Positions 8,140 to 17,456 of a DNA stretch of 64,000 bases are shown here, one piece after another; the stretch's first letter is position 1, and each line of letters starts with the position of its first letter. The stretch is from Candidatus Micrarchaeota archaeon (GTDB lineage Archaea; Micrarchaeota; Micrarchaeia; Norongarragalinales; SBBD01), in the NCBI GenBank assembly GCA_041305345.1, contig JBFYLP010000002.1, positions 151,480 to 215,479 on the forward strand, read 5' to 3'. The notes beneath the pieces are model-generated. The model saw only the letters and a list, made by a program, of their open reading frames with translations. It was not told the DNA's origin and made no database searches. The position numbers were made by a program, and so were the translations under genes.

Positions 8140-11100
8140 TCATTCGCCCTTTAACTCCTGCCTGATCTGCCTGATCACTCCCTCGGAATCAGACCACCAA
8201 TCCCGCGTCCCCACCCGGAAAATCTTCCATCCGCGCGACTCCAGCAAGTTTTGCCTGTAAACATCCCGCTCCTTCGCATCAAGAAGGCCGGAATAGTTGT
8301 GCCGGTCTATCTCCACTCCTAGGGCATAATGTTGCCTGCCCTCCTTGCCCAAAATTGCAAGATCAAGGCCGTAATTGCTATACCCGACGTCCTTTCTTAC
8401 CTCGAGACCCGCTTTTTGCAGCTGGAAAAAGAGCTCCCCTGCGATTTCGCTTTTTTGGGTTGGCTCCGATATGGCCGATTTTTCAAAAGCGGCGCCCCCA
8501 AGGCCCTTCAACACGCGGGCGATTTCCTCCGGGTCATTTTCAAAGACTGCCTTGGCGTACTCAAGGTATTTCCTTAGGAATTTTCCGCCGATGTTCGATT
8601 CCTCAGTGATTCGAAGCTGAAGGGGATCAATGGAAGTCACAATAACCACTTTCTCGCGAGCCCTTGAAACCGCCACATTAAGCCGGCGCTCGCCGCCCTC
8701 CATAGAAAGGGTGCCGAATTGCGTGAGCACCTTCCCATCCTCCATTGAAGGCGCATAGCCGATGGAGAAGATGATCATGTCGCGCTCATCGCCCTGAACG
8801 TTCTCGATGTTCTTCACGAAAAGGGACTGCAGTTCCTCGTTCTCAACGCGTTCAAGCTCGCGCTTGTAATGCTGGTAGAACTTGTAATCGGATAATGCCC
8901 TTTTCTCTAGGAGGTTCAAGATAAGGTCTGCCTGGGCGGAGTTGAAGGTGACAACGCCAATGGAAGGAGGATTTTGCTTGGAAATGGCATGTGCAATGAG
9001 TTCAACTACCTGCTCGGCCTCAGTTCGGTTCCTTCTTTTCTCCCAAAGGCCCCTTACCTTCACCCACTCAATTGCAGCTGATTTCTTTTGAAGATCAGGG
9101 GAAGTGGTCGTCTGGATCTTGCCGGAATAGAATGCATGATTGGAGAACGCAATCAGCTCCTCCCTTTTCGAGCGGTAATGCCAATTGAGCAGGAGCTCGG
9201 GGTAGCGCCGCTTTGCCAGCTGCAGGAAGCTCTTGATGCCAGAGATCTCCTTCAATTCGGAGGTTGGGAGCGAATCATCATCCTCCCCGGAATCATCCAA
9301 ATCAAGGTGCGAGGAGAATAAATCAAACGGCGGCAGCTGCTTTTCATCTCCTGCGACGCATACGGATTTGCTGCGGTAGAGCGCGGGGATTGCGTGCTCA
9401 AGCGTGCACTGGGAGGCTTCGTCGAAAATCACCGCATCAAACAGCCCTTCCTTGAGGGGGAAGATCGCTGAGACGGTTTCGGGCGAGCAAAGCCAAACGG
9501 GAAAGATGTCCATCATCCCCTTCTGGGAGAATTCGCGTAGCATTTTCCTAAGCGACCAGGGGTGCTTCAACTTTTCCGACTGGAATTTGATCTCCTTCAG
9601 GTTGGAATAGCGCTGCGATGAGAGGAATTCGTGCCATCTCCTCTTGCACTCCTGGCGTGCCTTCAATTTGCGTTTCTCAAGAAGGGTGCGCACCTCTAAA
9701 CGGTAACGGCCGTAGGTCGTGGAGTCCAATTTCTTCAGCACCGGAAGGCCGCTTTCGGCATCAGCAATCCATTTCGAGTAGAAGGAGTGCCTTAGGATGG
9801 AAATGGTAAGGGCGCAGTTTTTCTCGCGGGAAAGGATGTTTTGCCCAAGTTCCAAAAGCCCCCTTTCCTTGCTTCCAAGGTCATCAATCATCCTCTGGTA
9901 AACGCTGCCCTTTTGCTTGTTTCGAAGCGATTCCTGTAGCTGCATTAGCAGGTGCTGCGAATCCTCTGAACCCTCCGAAGCGAGCGAGGTTAGTTCGGAA
10001 TCGACATCCGATTCCAGGATGGACCCAAGCTCAAGGGCCTCGTTCCGGAAGATTTCCATCAGCTTGTTGTACTCGGCCATCCTCTCGATTGCCTTGAAGG
10101 TTTTTGAAGTGAACCGGAGGCTCTCGCCGGAAAGCTCCCGCATCAGGTATTCGAAGGGCAATTTGGTTTCCTTGTTTGCCTCCCGAAGGTTCTCCAGGAA
10201 TTTGTTCGTTTTACGCCATTCGCCATTGGTGAATTTCAGGAAGGATTTGGAGTTGTGGGGATGCCGCCGTATTTTCTGCTCCAGTTCCATTGATTTGGGG
10301 AACGCGCATCCCTGATCCTTCAGGGAAAGTGCAAGCCACTCCGGAGAATTGAAGATTTCAGAAAGCTTTTCATTGAGCCGGAGAAGCTCCCTTAGCCTGA
10401 TTTCCGCCTGCCTAGCTTTTTCATCGGTTAAGGATGAAAGGTTGCCGTTCTGAAGGGATTTGAAAGCGCCATTTCCATCCTTCCTAAGAAGCGGGAGTAT
10501 CTCGGAAATCCGTTCCATTGCATCGGAAAATTCCTGGAAGGTGAACGCATTTTCAAGACCTTCGAGGCCCTCGGTGCGGAGGAGGGGCTCCTTGTCAAGC
10601 AAGTAGAGCTGCCCAAGCGTTGCCCCGCATCCAAGCTTCCTTCCTATCCCCTGATGGTATTGGAGGATCTGGGATAGGATCTCCTCCGAACGGCCGCCCT
10701 TGTCGTCCACAGTGACTTCCGGAAGCGCATCCATTGAATTGAAATCGTCGATGACTTTCGAGGCCTTTGAAAAAATGTGCGACCGGTCCTTGTTGTAATC
10801 GTGGACAAGCGCAACCATATCACCCAAACCTATCGCTGCAAGGCGATGGTACACCACATCAAGCGCTGCGCGCTTTTCGCAGACAAGCAGGACCTTTTTC
10901 CCCTTTGTAACCGAGTCCGCAATGATGTTTACGATGAGCTGGGATTTGCCGGTGCCGGGAGGGCCGTGAACCGCTATCCCGCCAAGTTTTTCAAGCGAAA
11001 GAAGGGCGCGTTCCTGCGACCCGTCCACATCGGTCACAAAGAAGGATTTCCTCCCGTGGTCCTCGGGCCTTAGCCATTCCCCCTTGTCCTGCGGCTCGCC

Positions 11101-11940
11101 GTTGAAGAAATCGAAAAGGACCCCTTCCCTTGGCGGGTTGCGTATGAGCTCGTCGTAATCCGCGAGCAATGTGCTTGAGGTTTGCGGGAATAGGCCAAGG
11201 ATTGCGTGCTTGCGCACCTTGATGCCTGTGCCCCTGATTTTCGTGGATTTGGGCTCATATTGGGAAACACCCTCCTCGAGCGCGTATTTGTTGTCGAATT
11301 TCAGCCCCAGCTCCTCGCACTTGGCGATGGCTGCCTGAAGGTAACCCTCCTTGCCCTCCTCTATTTCGAAATCGTAATTCGGGTCGAACTTGATGCGGTT
11401 GAATTTCTGGTAGGCGATGATGAATGTCTTGTTCAGGATGGGCTCGCGATCCTTGTCGGGAATCGCCGTGAACTCGAGCTTCTTGTAGTCCTTCCTGATG
11501 ACAACGGGAAAGAGCAGGAGGGGGCACTTGTAATGCGTACCGTCCCCGAATTCGCCCTCGACGAAGGGGTAACCGATGTAAACATCGTAATTGCCCGTTT
11601 CCTTTTCTATGAAATCCGCCTCGCGCTGCAGGTGCGAGAGCCTGTAGGATGCGGTCATGTCGTCCTCATCGGGCGTAATCACCCGCACAAGGCGCAGGGG
11701 CTTCCTTGCAACTATTTTGTCCGCGAGCCTCTGCGCCTCCTCCTTGTTTTCATTGAACAACTCGTGCAAATCAAAATGCATCCTCATGTTCAGGCGCGAT
11801 AGGTGGAGGGAGCGGTTGGCCTTGCTGACATCGGTTAGCTGGTCGCGCAGGACTTCGAGCACCTTTGGGACTAAAACCTTTTGGTGCGCATCCGGGTCTG
11901 AAAGCGTGTCCATTAGCTTTGTGTATTCGGTTTCCATCAA
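8140..11940 (-). CDS. DUF4011 / SF1 (Upf1-like, AAA_11+AAA_12) helicase fused to C-terminal Vsr/DUF559 PD-(D/E)xK nuclease-like domain (Hhe-like)
   Basis: 1266 aa. Walker A GPPGTGKSQ, Walker B FDAVIFDEASQ, motifs VCVAGDEKQLPP, VVTFNSAQ, NVQGDERD, LNVAVSRAREKVVIVTS. C-terminus DLAILGKEGRQHYALGVEIDRHNYSG...ERDVYRQNLLESRGWKIFRVGTRDWW is a Vsr/DUF559-like REase fold. Confidence 0.85.
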   Translation of the reverse strand: MMETEYTKLMDTLSDPDAHQKVLVPKVLEVLRDQLTDVSKANRSLHLSRLNMRMHFDLHELFNENKEEAQRLADKIVARKPLRLVRVITPDEDDMTASYRLSHLQREADFIEKETGNYDVYIGYPFVEGEFGDGTHYKCPLLLFPVVIRKDYKKLEFTAIPDKDREPILNKTFIIAYQKFNRIKFDPNYDFEIEEGKEGYLQAAIAKCEELGLKFDNKYALEEGVSQYEPKSTKIRGTGIKVRKHAILGLFPQTSSTLLADYDELIRNPPREGVLFDFFNGEPQDKGEWLRPEDHGRKSFFVTDVDGSQERALLSLEKLGGIAVHGPPGTGKSQLIVNIIADSVTKGKKVLLVCEKRAALDVVYHRLAAIGLGDMVALVHDYNKDRSHIFSKASKVIDDFNSMDALPEVTVDDKGGRSEEILSQILQYHQGIGRKLGCGATLGQLYLLDKEPLLRTEGLEGLENAFTFQEFSDAMERISEILPLLRKDGNGAFKSLQNGNLSSLTDEKARQAEIRLRELLRLNEKLSEIFNSPEWLALSLKDQGCAFPKSMELEQKIRRHPHNSKSFLKFTNGEWRKTNKFLENLREANKETKLPFEYLMRELSGESLRFTSKTFKAIERMAEYNKLMEIFRNEALELGSILESDVDSELTSLASEGSEDSQHLLMQLQESLRNKQKGSVYQRMIDDLGSKERGLLELGQNILSREKNCALTISILRHSFYSKWIADAESGLPVLKKLDSTTYGRYRLEVRTLLEKRKLKARQECKRRWHEFLSSQRYSNLKEIKFQSEKLKHPWSLRKMLREFSQKGMMDIFPVWLCSPETVSAIFPLKEGLFDAVIFDEASQCTLEHAIPALYRSKSVCVAGDEKQLPPFDLFSSHLDLDDSGEDDDSLPTSELKEISGIKSFLQLAKRRYPELLLNWHYRSKREELIAFSNHAFYSGKIQTTTSPDLQKKSAAIEWVKVRGLWEKRRNRTEAEQVVELIAHAISKQNPPSIGVVTFNSAQADLILNLLEKRALSDYKFYQHYKRELERVENEELQSLFVKNIENVQGDERDMIIFSIGYAPSMEDGKVLTQFGTLSMEGGERRLNVAVSRAREKVVIVTSIDPLQLRITEESNIGGKFLRKYLEYAKAVFENDPEEIARVLKGLGGAAFEKSAISEPTQKSEIAGELFFQLQKAGLEVRKDVGYSNYGLDLAILGKEGRQHYALGVEIDRHNYSGLLDAKERDVYRQNLLESRGWKIFRVGTRDWWSDSEGVIRQIRQELKGE

Positions 11941-12110
11941 ATGCCCACTTTGGAAGGATTGGCGAAGAAAGATTAAAAAGGAATGGTTTTAATGTGAAAA
12001 TGGGAGGGGGGGAATGGGCCGTGAATCAGGAATTTTCCAGGCCCGCGGGCGCTTATGGCAAGGCTGGTTGACAGGCGCCTAGGCAAATACTTAAATATGG
12101 GCTCAAATTA

Positions 12111-12548
12111 ATGGGTAAAGGTGATTCAATGATTGGCGGTTCTCCCGATTTGTTGACTTGGCTTGCGCTTGGCATCTGGTTCGCGCTCTTTAGCTGGCTT
12201 GGCACTTCCGCCCTCCTTGACAGGTGGGCACGCGTGAAGGGGTTTGAAAAGCTCATCAAGAGGGAAAGCCAGAAGGTCACCATGCTCTCCGTGCTTAATT
12301 CGTTCGTGGAAGCATTCTTCATCTTCCTGCTTTTCACGCTCACAGCGCCACTATACCTGGGCCAGGGGGCGGTCGTAAGCTTCTGGCTTTTCTATGCGCT
12401 TCTTGGCGTCATCGTGCAAATCCCAATCAGGGTGAGCCTTGCACTGACGATGAATTTGCCTGAAAAATTCCTGCTAGGGGAGGTAGTAGGCGGCATCTTC
12501 AAATACATAATCGGCGGGCTGATAATGGTCACATTGTCGCCCCTTTGA
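12111..12548 (+). CDS. small polytopic membrane protein, unknown function
   Basis: 145 aa with 4 predicted TM helices. Confidence 0.4.
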   Translation: MGKGDSMIGGSPDLLTWLALGIWFALFSWLGTSALLDRWARVKGFEKLIKRESQKVTMLSVLNSFVEAFFIFLLFTLTAPLYLGQGAVVSFWLFYALLGVIVQIPIRVSLALTMNLPEKFLLGEVVGGIFKYIIGGLIMVTLSPL

Positions 12549-12580
12549 TTTTTCTTTTTTTTAAATTTTTTTTAAGCCCT
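12549..12580 (+). terminator. oligo-T tract (archaeal-type terminator candidate)
   Basis: GATTTTTCTTTTTTTTAAATTTTTTTTAAG immediately after the stop of 12111..12548. Confidence 0.3.
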
Positions 12581-12620
12581 CCAATGGAAGGAATAAAAAT
12601 GGGCGTTCCCTTATTCCCAT

Positions 12621-13169
12621 ATGCTTGAAGGAAGGGATTACGCTAAATTGATCAACAAGAATAGGAAGAAGGGGATCCGCCTAAAATTAAAGCGCACCCG
12701 ATGGAAACTCCCATCCTGGAAGCGGACGCTTGCTTACACGGGAGCGGCGCTGCTGCTCCCCTTCTCACTTCGGACCGATTTGCTCGAGCACTTTGCCAAG
12801 CTAAGGGCAACACATCCGTTGGATCCGGGAAAGGGATTCACCATCCAAATCTCGCAGGAGCAGGAAAAAAAGCTGAAGGAAATGGCATCGCAATACGAGA
12901 TTCCGCCCGCAATGGCCGCGTTTGCCCTTTCGATGCATCCTGATTCGGTGAATCAGTTCCTTGCGGAAATAAGGCAAAGGTTTGATACTGCATCAAAGGA
13001 ACATTACTACTACTATGGGAAAGAGAGGATCATTCCGCCCGTGAACACATCAAGGCATCTCGAACGGTTGGCGGAAATGCTCGAGGATATGAAGGGCCCA
13101 AATCGGATCGAGCACGAATTCCTTAGGGGGCAGCTTAAAATCCAACGCAGGCTTGCTGAGCGCAAGTGA
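12621..13169 (+). CDS. hypothetical protein (basic N-terminus)
   Basis: 182-aa ORF with no recognisable motifs. Ends 1 nt before the alaS stop on the other strand. Confidence 0.3.
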   Translation: MLEGRDYAKLINKNRKKGIRLKLKRTRWKLPSWKRTLAYTGAALLLPFSLRTDLLEHFAKLRATHPLDPGKGFTIQISQEQEKKLKEMASQYEIPPAMAAFALSMHPDSVNQFLAEIRQRFDTASKEHYYYYGKERIIPPVNTSRHLERLAEMLEDMKGPNRIEHEFLRGQLKIQRRLAERK

Positions 13170-13170
13170 A

Positions 13171-15831
13171 TCAGAGGATCCTTCCCCTTGCAAAGCTTTT
13201 ATTGCCGCCGCCCGCCGCCTTCTTTTTCTCAAGCAGTTTCTGTGCGTCCTCCCAGCTCTTGTCATTCGTGGCAGCGACTACGAAATTTTCATTGTTGATG
13301 AGCACGACTGCCAGCGAATCTCGTTGCGCGATCTTAAGCGCCAACTTTTCAAGCAGGGGCGGGGAGAGATCGACCTTTGCATCAATCAGCTTCCTGCCCT
13401 CGGTTTTTGCCTCGTTCACCAATTTGTGCGCAAGTGCATCCGCAACATCCTCGTGCGCCTTCTCGATCTGCTTGCCGCGCTCCTTCCATTCCCCGAAGAA
13501 GCGTTTTACCGTGCTTGGAAGCTGGTCTTCTTGAACCCGCAATTCGTCGGATGCCCTCCTTAACAGCTCTTCCCTTTCCTGGATCCATTTAAGCGCCCGC
13601 TCACCCGCCTTATACCGTATCCGTACAACCCCGTCCTGCACCTGCTCGCAGCCAACAATCTTGATGATTCCAACCTGGCCCGATGAGTCGCAATGTAGGC
13701 CGCCGCACGCCTCCACGTCCACGCCCTCGTATTCAACCACCCGAAGGACGTTCCCTATCGCGCCGCCTCCCTGGTAAAGCCTAAAGCCGAACTTCTTCTC
13801 TGCTTCCCCACGATCCATGAATTTGACGATTACCTTCACGTTGTCAAGTACGTGCCTGTTTGCAATCAGCTCGATCCTGCTCAATTCGGCTGCGGAGGGC
13901 TTCTCATAATGCGTAATGTCCAAATGCGCCTCGCCCTCATCCTTCTTCGCGCCTGCCTGCCAGATGTGCTTCCCTAGGACTTCCCTGCAGCTTGCAATCA
14001 TTATATGGGTTGAGGAATGGTGCCTCCTTAGGGACCAGCGCCTCTCCAGGTCAACTTCAACGGAATAAGATTTTTTCTCCTCTAATTTATCTGGAAAATC
14101 AACGGAATGGAGCACCACATCGCCCATTTTCTGCGCATCCTTGACGTTCGCCTCCCCAATTTTGCCGTAATCCGCAACCTGGCCCCCGCCTTCGGGATAG
14201 ATGATCGTGCGGTCCAATGCCACTTTATTGCCGAAAATAGCCAATACTTTTGCCTTGCTCACCAGCTTATTCGCATCCTCATAATATTCCAATTTCGTTT
14301 TTGGCAATTTGGCGAATTTAGGATCGTCAAGGAGGGCCTCCTTTTTGGGCCTTGCCTCCATTATGTGCCCTTCGGTCACCTTCCGGTAATAATCAGCCGG
14401 GATCTGGGCGCTTATCTTCAAATCTGCTGCGACTTTCTCCAGGATTTCCGGGGTTACGCCGTGTGATTCGTACAGAAGCTGGAGCCTGCTAGCATCAAGG
14501 GCGCCTTTGCGCAATATATCCTCAGCCATCTTGCCCGCCTTGACCCGGGTTTCGGCGTACTTTTGCCTCTCGATCTCAAGGATCTTCTGGATTCCGGGCA
14601 GGTTTTCGGAGAGCTCCGGGAATAGGGGCTTGTATGCTGCTGCCTGCAGTTTCATTATGTCGAAAAGACTGAAGGCAAACCCGTACTCTTCCATGAAGCC
14701 AAATGCACGCCGAAGCAATATGCGCAGATTATAGCCGCCTGCAGCGTTCGATGGAAGCGCGCCGTCGGAAAGGGCGAAGAGCACGGACCGGGAATGGTCG
14801 GCAATGGCATATATCGCCTGGAGGGGAGCAATGGTTTTCTCCAGCTCACTTAGGCTTATGCCCAGATTGCTTGCGATTCTTTGCTTCTCATCCCCAAGGG
14901 AATGCACCTCCTCTATGTTCAATTTGGATGCGAGGCGGGAATACTTGGAAAACAGCTCGCCTTCAACCTTAAGCCCGCCCTTCTTCTTCATGAAATCGAT
15001 CTCGTCGGGAAAGACCGAATCGTACGCGGTAGGGGTCTTGTTGTGGAACCAAAGGAGCCGCTCGAAGCCCCAGCCAACGTCGATGACCCGGGTATCCAGC
15101 TCCTCGAATTTTCCGTTTTCCAAGGCACGGAATTGCATGAAGACGCTGTTCACAAGCTCAAGCCCGCCGGAAAAGCTCTCAATGGAAGGCCCAAAAGCGC
15201 TGAAATCGGGCATATGCCAAAGGTCCTCCCCGTAAGTGATGTTGGTTTTTGGGATTTTCAAAACATCGGTCAAAAATTTGTAATTGTAACCGATGCATTC
15301 ATCCTTCCAATAACCGCCAGGTTTGCCCTTTTCCTTGAATGCGTGCTGGCCAGCCATCATGAAGCTGCTAAAGTGCCTTCCGGTCACCCCGACGTTTGCA
15401 ATGTCGACGAACCGCAGGCATATCTGGGGGACCATAAGAGGATTTGCGGGGTATTCGAATGCCACCTTGCCATTCTCGAGGCGCTGGAAATCAACGATGC
15501 TTGCGATCGTGAAATAAAGATCGTCCCTCCACCTGCTTATCACGGGGTACCTTGGCAATATTTCGTGGCCGTTCCTCTTCCAGAAATCGGAGAATTTCTT
15601 CCAGAATTGGGAATAGGTAAGTTGCTCGCCTACCGGGCCGCCCTTCCCGAAGAAATCGTATTCATTATGAGCCGAATCGCCGCAATTGTCGGTTTCGGAT
15701 ATCGACCAGAAAGACTTGCCGCAAAAGGTGCACTTCCTCCTTGCAAAGCCCTCCTTCCGGAAGAGCTCGACCTCGTAGTGCTTCTTGTAATCATTATTGA
15801 ATTCGGCAACAAAATACTTTTTCGACAGCAT
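13171..15831 (-). CDS. alaS: alanyl-tRNA synthetase, archaeal type
   Basis: 886 aa. Class II aaRS core, editing-domain HxxxH (HSSTHIM) and CGGLHC motifs, C-terminal DHHA1-like region. N-terminus MLSKKYFVAEF is typical of archaeal AlaRS. Confidence 0.95.
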   Translation of the reverse strand: MLSKKYFVAEFNNDYKKHYEVELFRKEGFARRKCTFCGKSFWSISETDNCGDSAHNEYDFFGKGGPVGEQLTYSQFWKKFSDFWKRNGHEILPRYPVISRWRDDLYFTIASIVDFQRLENGKVAFEYPANPLMVPQICLRFVDIANVGVTGRHFSSFMMAGQHAFKEKGKPGGYWKDECIGYNYKFLTDVLKIPKTNITYGEDLWHMPDFSAFGPSIESFSGGLELVNSVFMQFRALENGKFEELDTRVIDVGWGFERLLWFHNKTPTAYDSVFPDEIDFMKKKGGLKVEGELFSKYSRLASKLNIEEVHSLGDEKQRIASNLGISLSELEKTIAPLQAIYAIADHSRSVLFALSDGALPSNAAGGYNLRILLRRAFGFMEEYGFAFSLFDIMKLQAAAYKPLFPELSENLPGIQKILEIERQKYAETRVKAGKMAEDILRKGALDASRLQLLYESHGVTPEILEKVAADLKISAQIPADYYRKVTEGHIMEARPKKEALLDDPKFAKLPKTKLEYYEDANKLVSKAKVLAIFGNKVALDRTIIYPEGGGQVADYGKIGEANVKDAQKMGDVVLHSVDFPDKLEEKKSYSVEVDLERRWSLRRHHSSTHIMIASCREVLGKHIWQAGAKKDEGEAHLDITHYEKPSAAELSRIELIANRHVLDNVKVIVKFMDRGEAEKKFGFRLYQGGGAIGNVLRVVEYEGVDVEACGGLHCDSSGQVGIIKIVGCEQVQDGVVRIRYKAGERALKWIQEREELLRRASDELRVQEDQLPSTVKRFFGEWKERGKQIEKAHEDVADALAHKLVNEAKTEGRKLIDAKVDLSPPLLEKLALKIAQRDSLAVVLINNENFVVAATNDKSWEDAQKLLEKKKAAGGGNKSFARGRIL

Positions 15832-15842
15832 TACATTTCGCC

Positions 15843-17330
15843 TTATTTTTTCCGCTTTCGCGTATTTCCTTGATCTTTAATCATTTGAATGAGGATTTTC
15901 TTCGTTTCTTCCGTGCGAGCCTTCAGGATTAGTTTCTCTGAAAGCGGTACTTGCTTTCTTGAACGCAATATATTCAAGGAATGCTGGATTCCGGGATCGG
16001 GTTTGGTTCCTATGCCTACAAATCTTTTGTTAAGCTTAATTTGCCTTATATAGGGCAATACCCCCGGATCAACCCTCGCTAAAAAATCCAATAGGGAATA
16101 ATTTATAGGGATTGGATGTGTCCTGCCGTTATATACGATTTCGGAAAGGTTGGATAAATTCGAAATTTTTTCGTTCAACTTCTTCCTCAGGCGCACTTCG
16201 TCCAAGGATCCCTTTCCGTACTCGCTTAACACATCCGCTTTCAATCTGAAAGCCAGCTTCAGCGGGATTCCCTTATAAAGATGATGAGGGCTCAGGGCCT
16301 CGTTTTGAAGGTGAATGGTTTCATTTACAATTTGGATTTCGAGAGGCATGCGCTTGCCTCCGATTTTGCCGACCTGCACGTAGGTTGCCCTGAAGCCGGT
16401 TTTTGTCGGCTGGGTTATCAGCCTCTTGGTGAACGCTACGCCAGGATATTTTCTTTCGAGGTATTCAAGTATTGCAGCCTTGGCATTGTCGTAGTGTGCT
16501 AAGCCATTTTCAGCGACTCCATCAGGCGCCACAATAGTGAATCGATGGAGGTCGCTTAAACGGTAAATTTTTTTTTCCAGGTCTGAAAGGTTCATCTTGC
16601 CTAAGGACTGTGCTAGATGGGGTATGTTTGGGCAGCATTTTTCAAGGGTGCTGTAGGTGCCCTTATCGTCCTCTAAAATCAACGCGCGAATTCCCTTTTG
16701 TTCTAATTCATTCCGGATTTCTTCCGTAGTCACCCTATATCTGGTTTTAAACCTCCTCTTTACGATATCGATGGTTTTTTTTGATATTTCGGGTTGAAGC
16801 TCCTTGAACGATTCATCCCTCAGGATGCCTGCAAAATGGGGGTCTAGGGTGTGAATGTCATCAGCGTGATACTTAAGAATCTCGCTAGCAATTTCCTTTT
16901 TCCTTTGAGGGGTAGTTGCAGGATCCTTAAGCCTCGCGAGTTTATCCAGGCCTACAAGGAGGGCAACCTTTGTATCAACTGCATACGACTCATAGAATTT
17001 TTTTAGGATGGCAGGGGTCAATAAATCATACCTGCCAATGGTCGGTACATTGTTGAAAAGGCTAATTAGCTGATGGGTTTTATCGTGCAGCTCATAGCCT
17101 TTATCCAGCGCCTCCAACTGCAGGTCAGCCCAATCTAACCTTTGGCCTGTGGCATGATGTATGCCATGAAAGGTGATGGCATCCTGCAGTATTTTATCAT
17201 TGGGAAAGATCGCCTTGGCAAGCATCCGGGAAAGGAGGTAATGCGGCTGGTAATGTTCTGGATGGAGCTTCCTTAGCAAATTATCTATATTTTCTTCGTG
17301 TGCTTTTTCCGTTAGCTCCGCTTTAGGCAT
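15843..17330 (-). CDS. RelA/SpoT-domain nucleotidyltransferase protein (alarmone-synthetase-like) with N-terminal His-rich (HD-like?) region
   Basis: Segment LSDLHRFTIVAPDG...GFRATYVQVGKIGGKRMPLEIQIVNETIHLQNEALSPHHLYKG matches the RelA_SpoT synthetase fold (GYQSLHTTV...EIQIRT...HW.YK). Start taken at MPKAELTEK; the ORF table begins at 17456. Confidence 0.45.
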   Translation of the reverse strand: MPKAELTEKAHEENIDNLLRKLHPEHYQPHYLLSRMLAKAIFPNDKILQDAITFHGIHHATGQRLDWADLQLEALDKGYELHDKTHQLISLFNNVPTIGRYDLLTPAILKKFYESYAVDTKVALLVGLDKLARLKDPATTPQRKKEIASEILKYHADDIHTLDPHFAGILRDESFKELQPEISKKTIDIVKRRFKTRYRVTTEEIRNELEQKGIRALILEDDKGTYSTLEKCCPNIPHLAQSLGKMNLSDLEKKIYRLSDLHRFTIVAPDGVAENGLAHYDNAKAAILEYLERKYPGVAFTKRLITQPTKTGFRATYVQVGKIGGKRMPLEIQIVNETIHLQNEALSPHHLYKGIPLKLAFRLKADVLSEYGKGSLDEVRLRKKLNEKISNLSNLSEIVYNGRTHPIPINYSLLDFLARVDPGVLPYIRQIKLNKRFVGIGTKPDPGIQHSLNILRSRKQVPLSEKLILKARTEETKKILIQMIKDQGNTRKRKK

Positions 17331-17456
17331 AATAATAATACAAAACAGATGGTTTATTATTGATTCTGCTGCAAGGGGAATTATAATTTGAACACGTGCT
17401 CCATGTCCCTTGCACTTCTGGGGGAAATAGCCCCCTGGCGCATAGCCCCGCCACAT

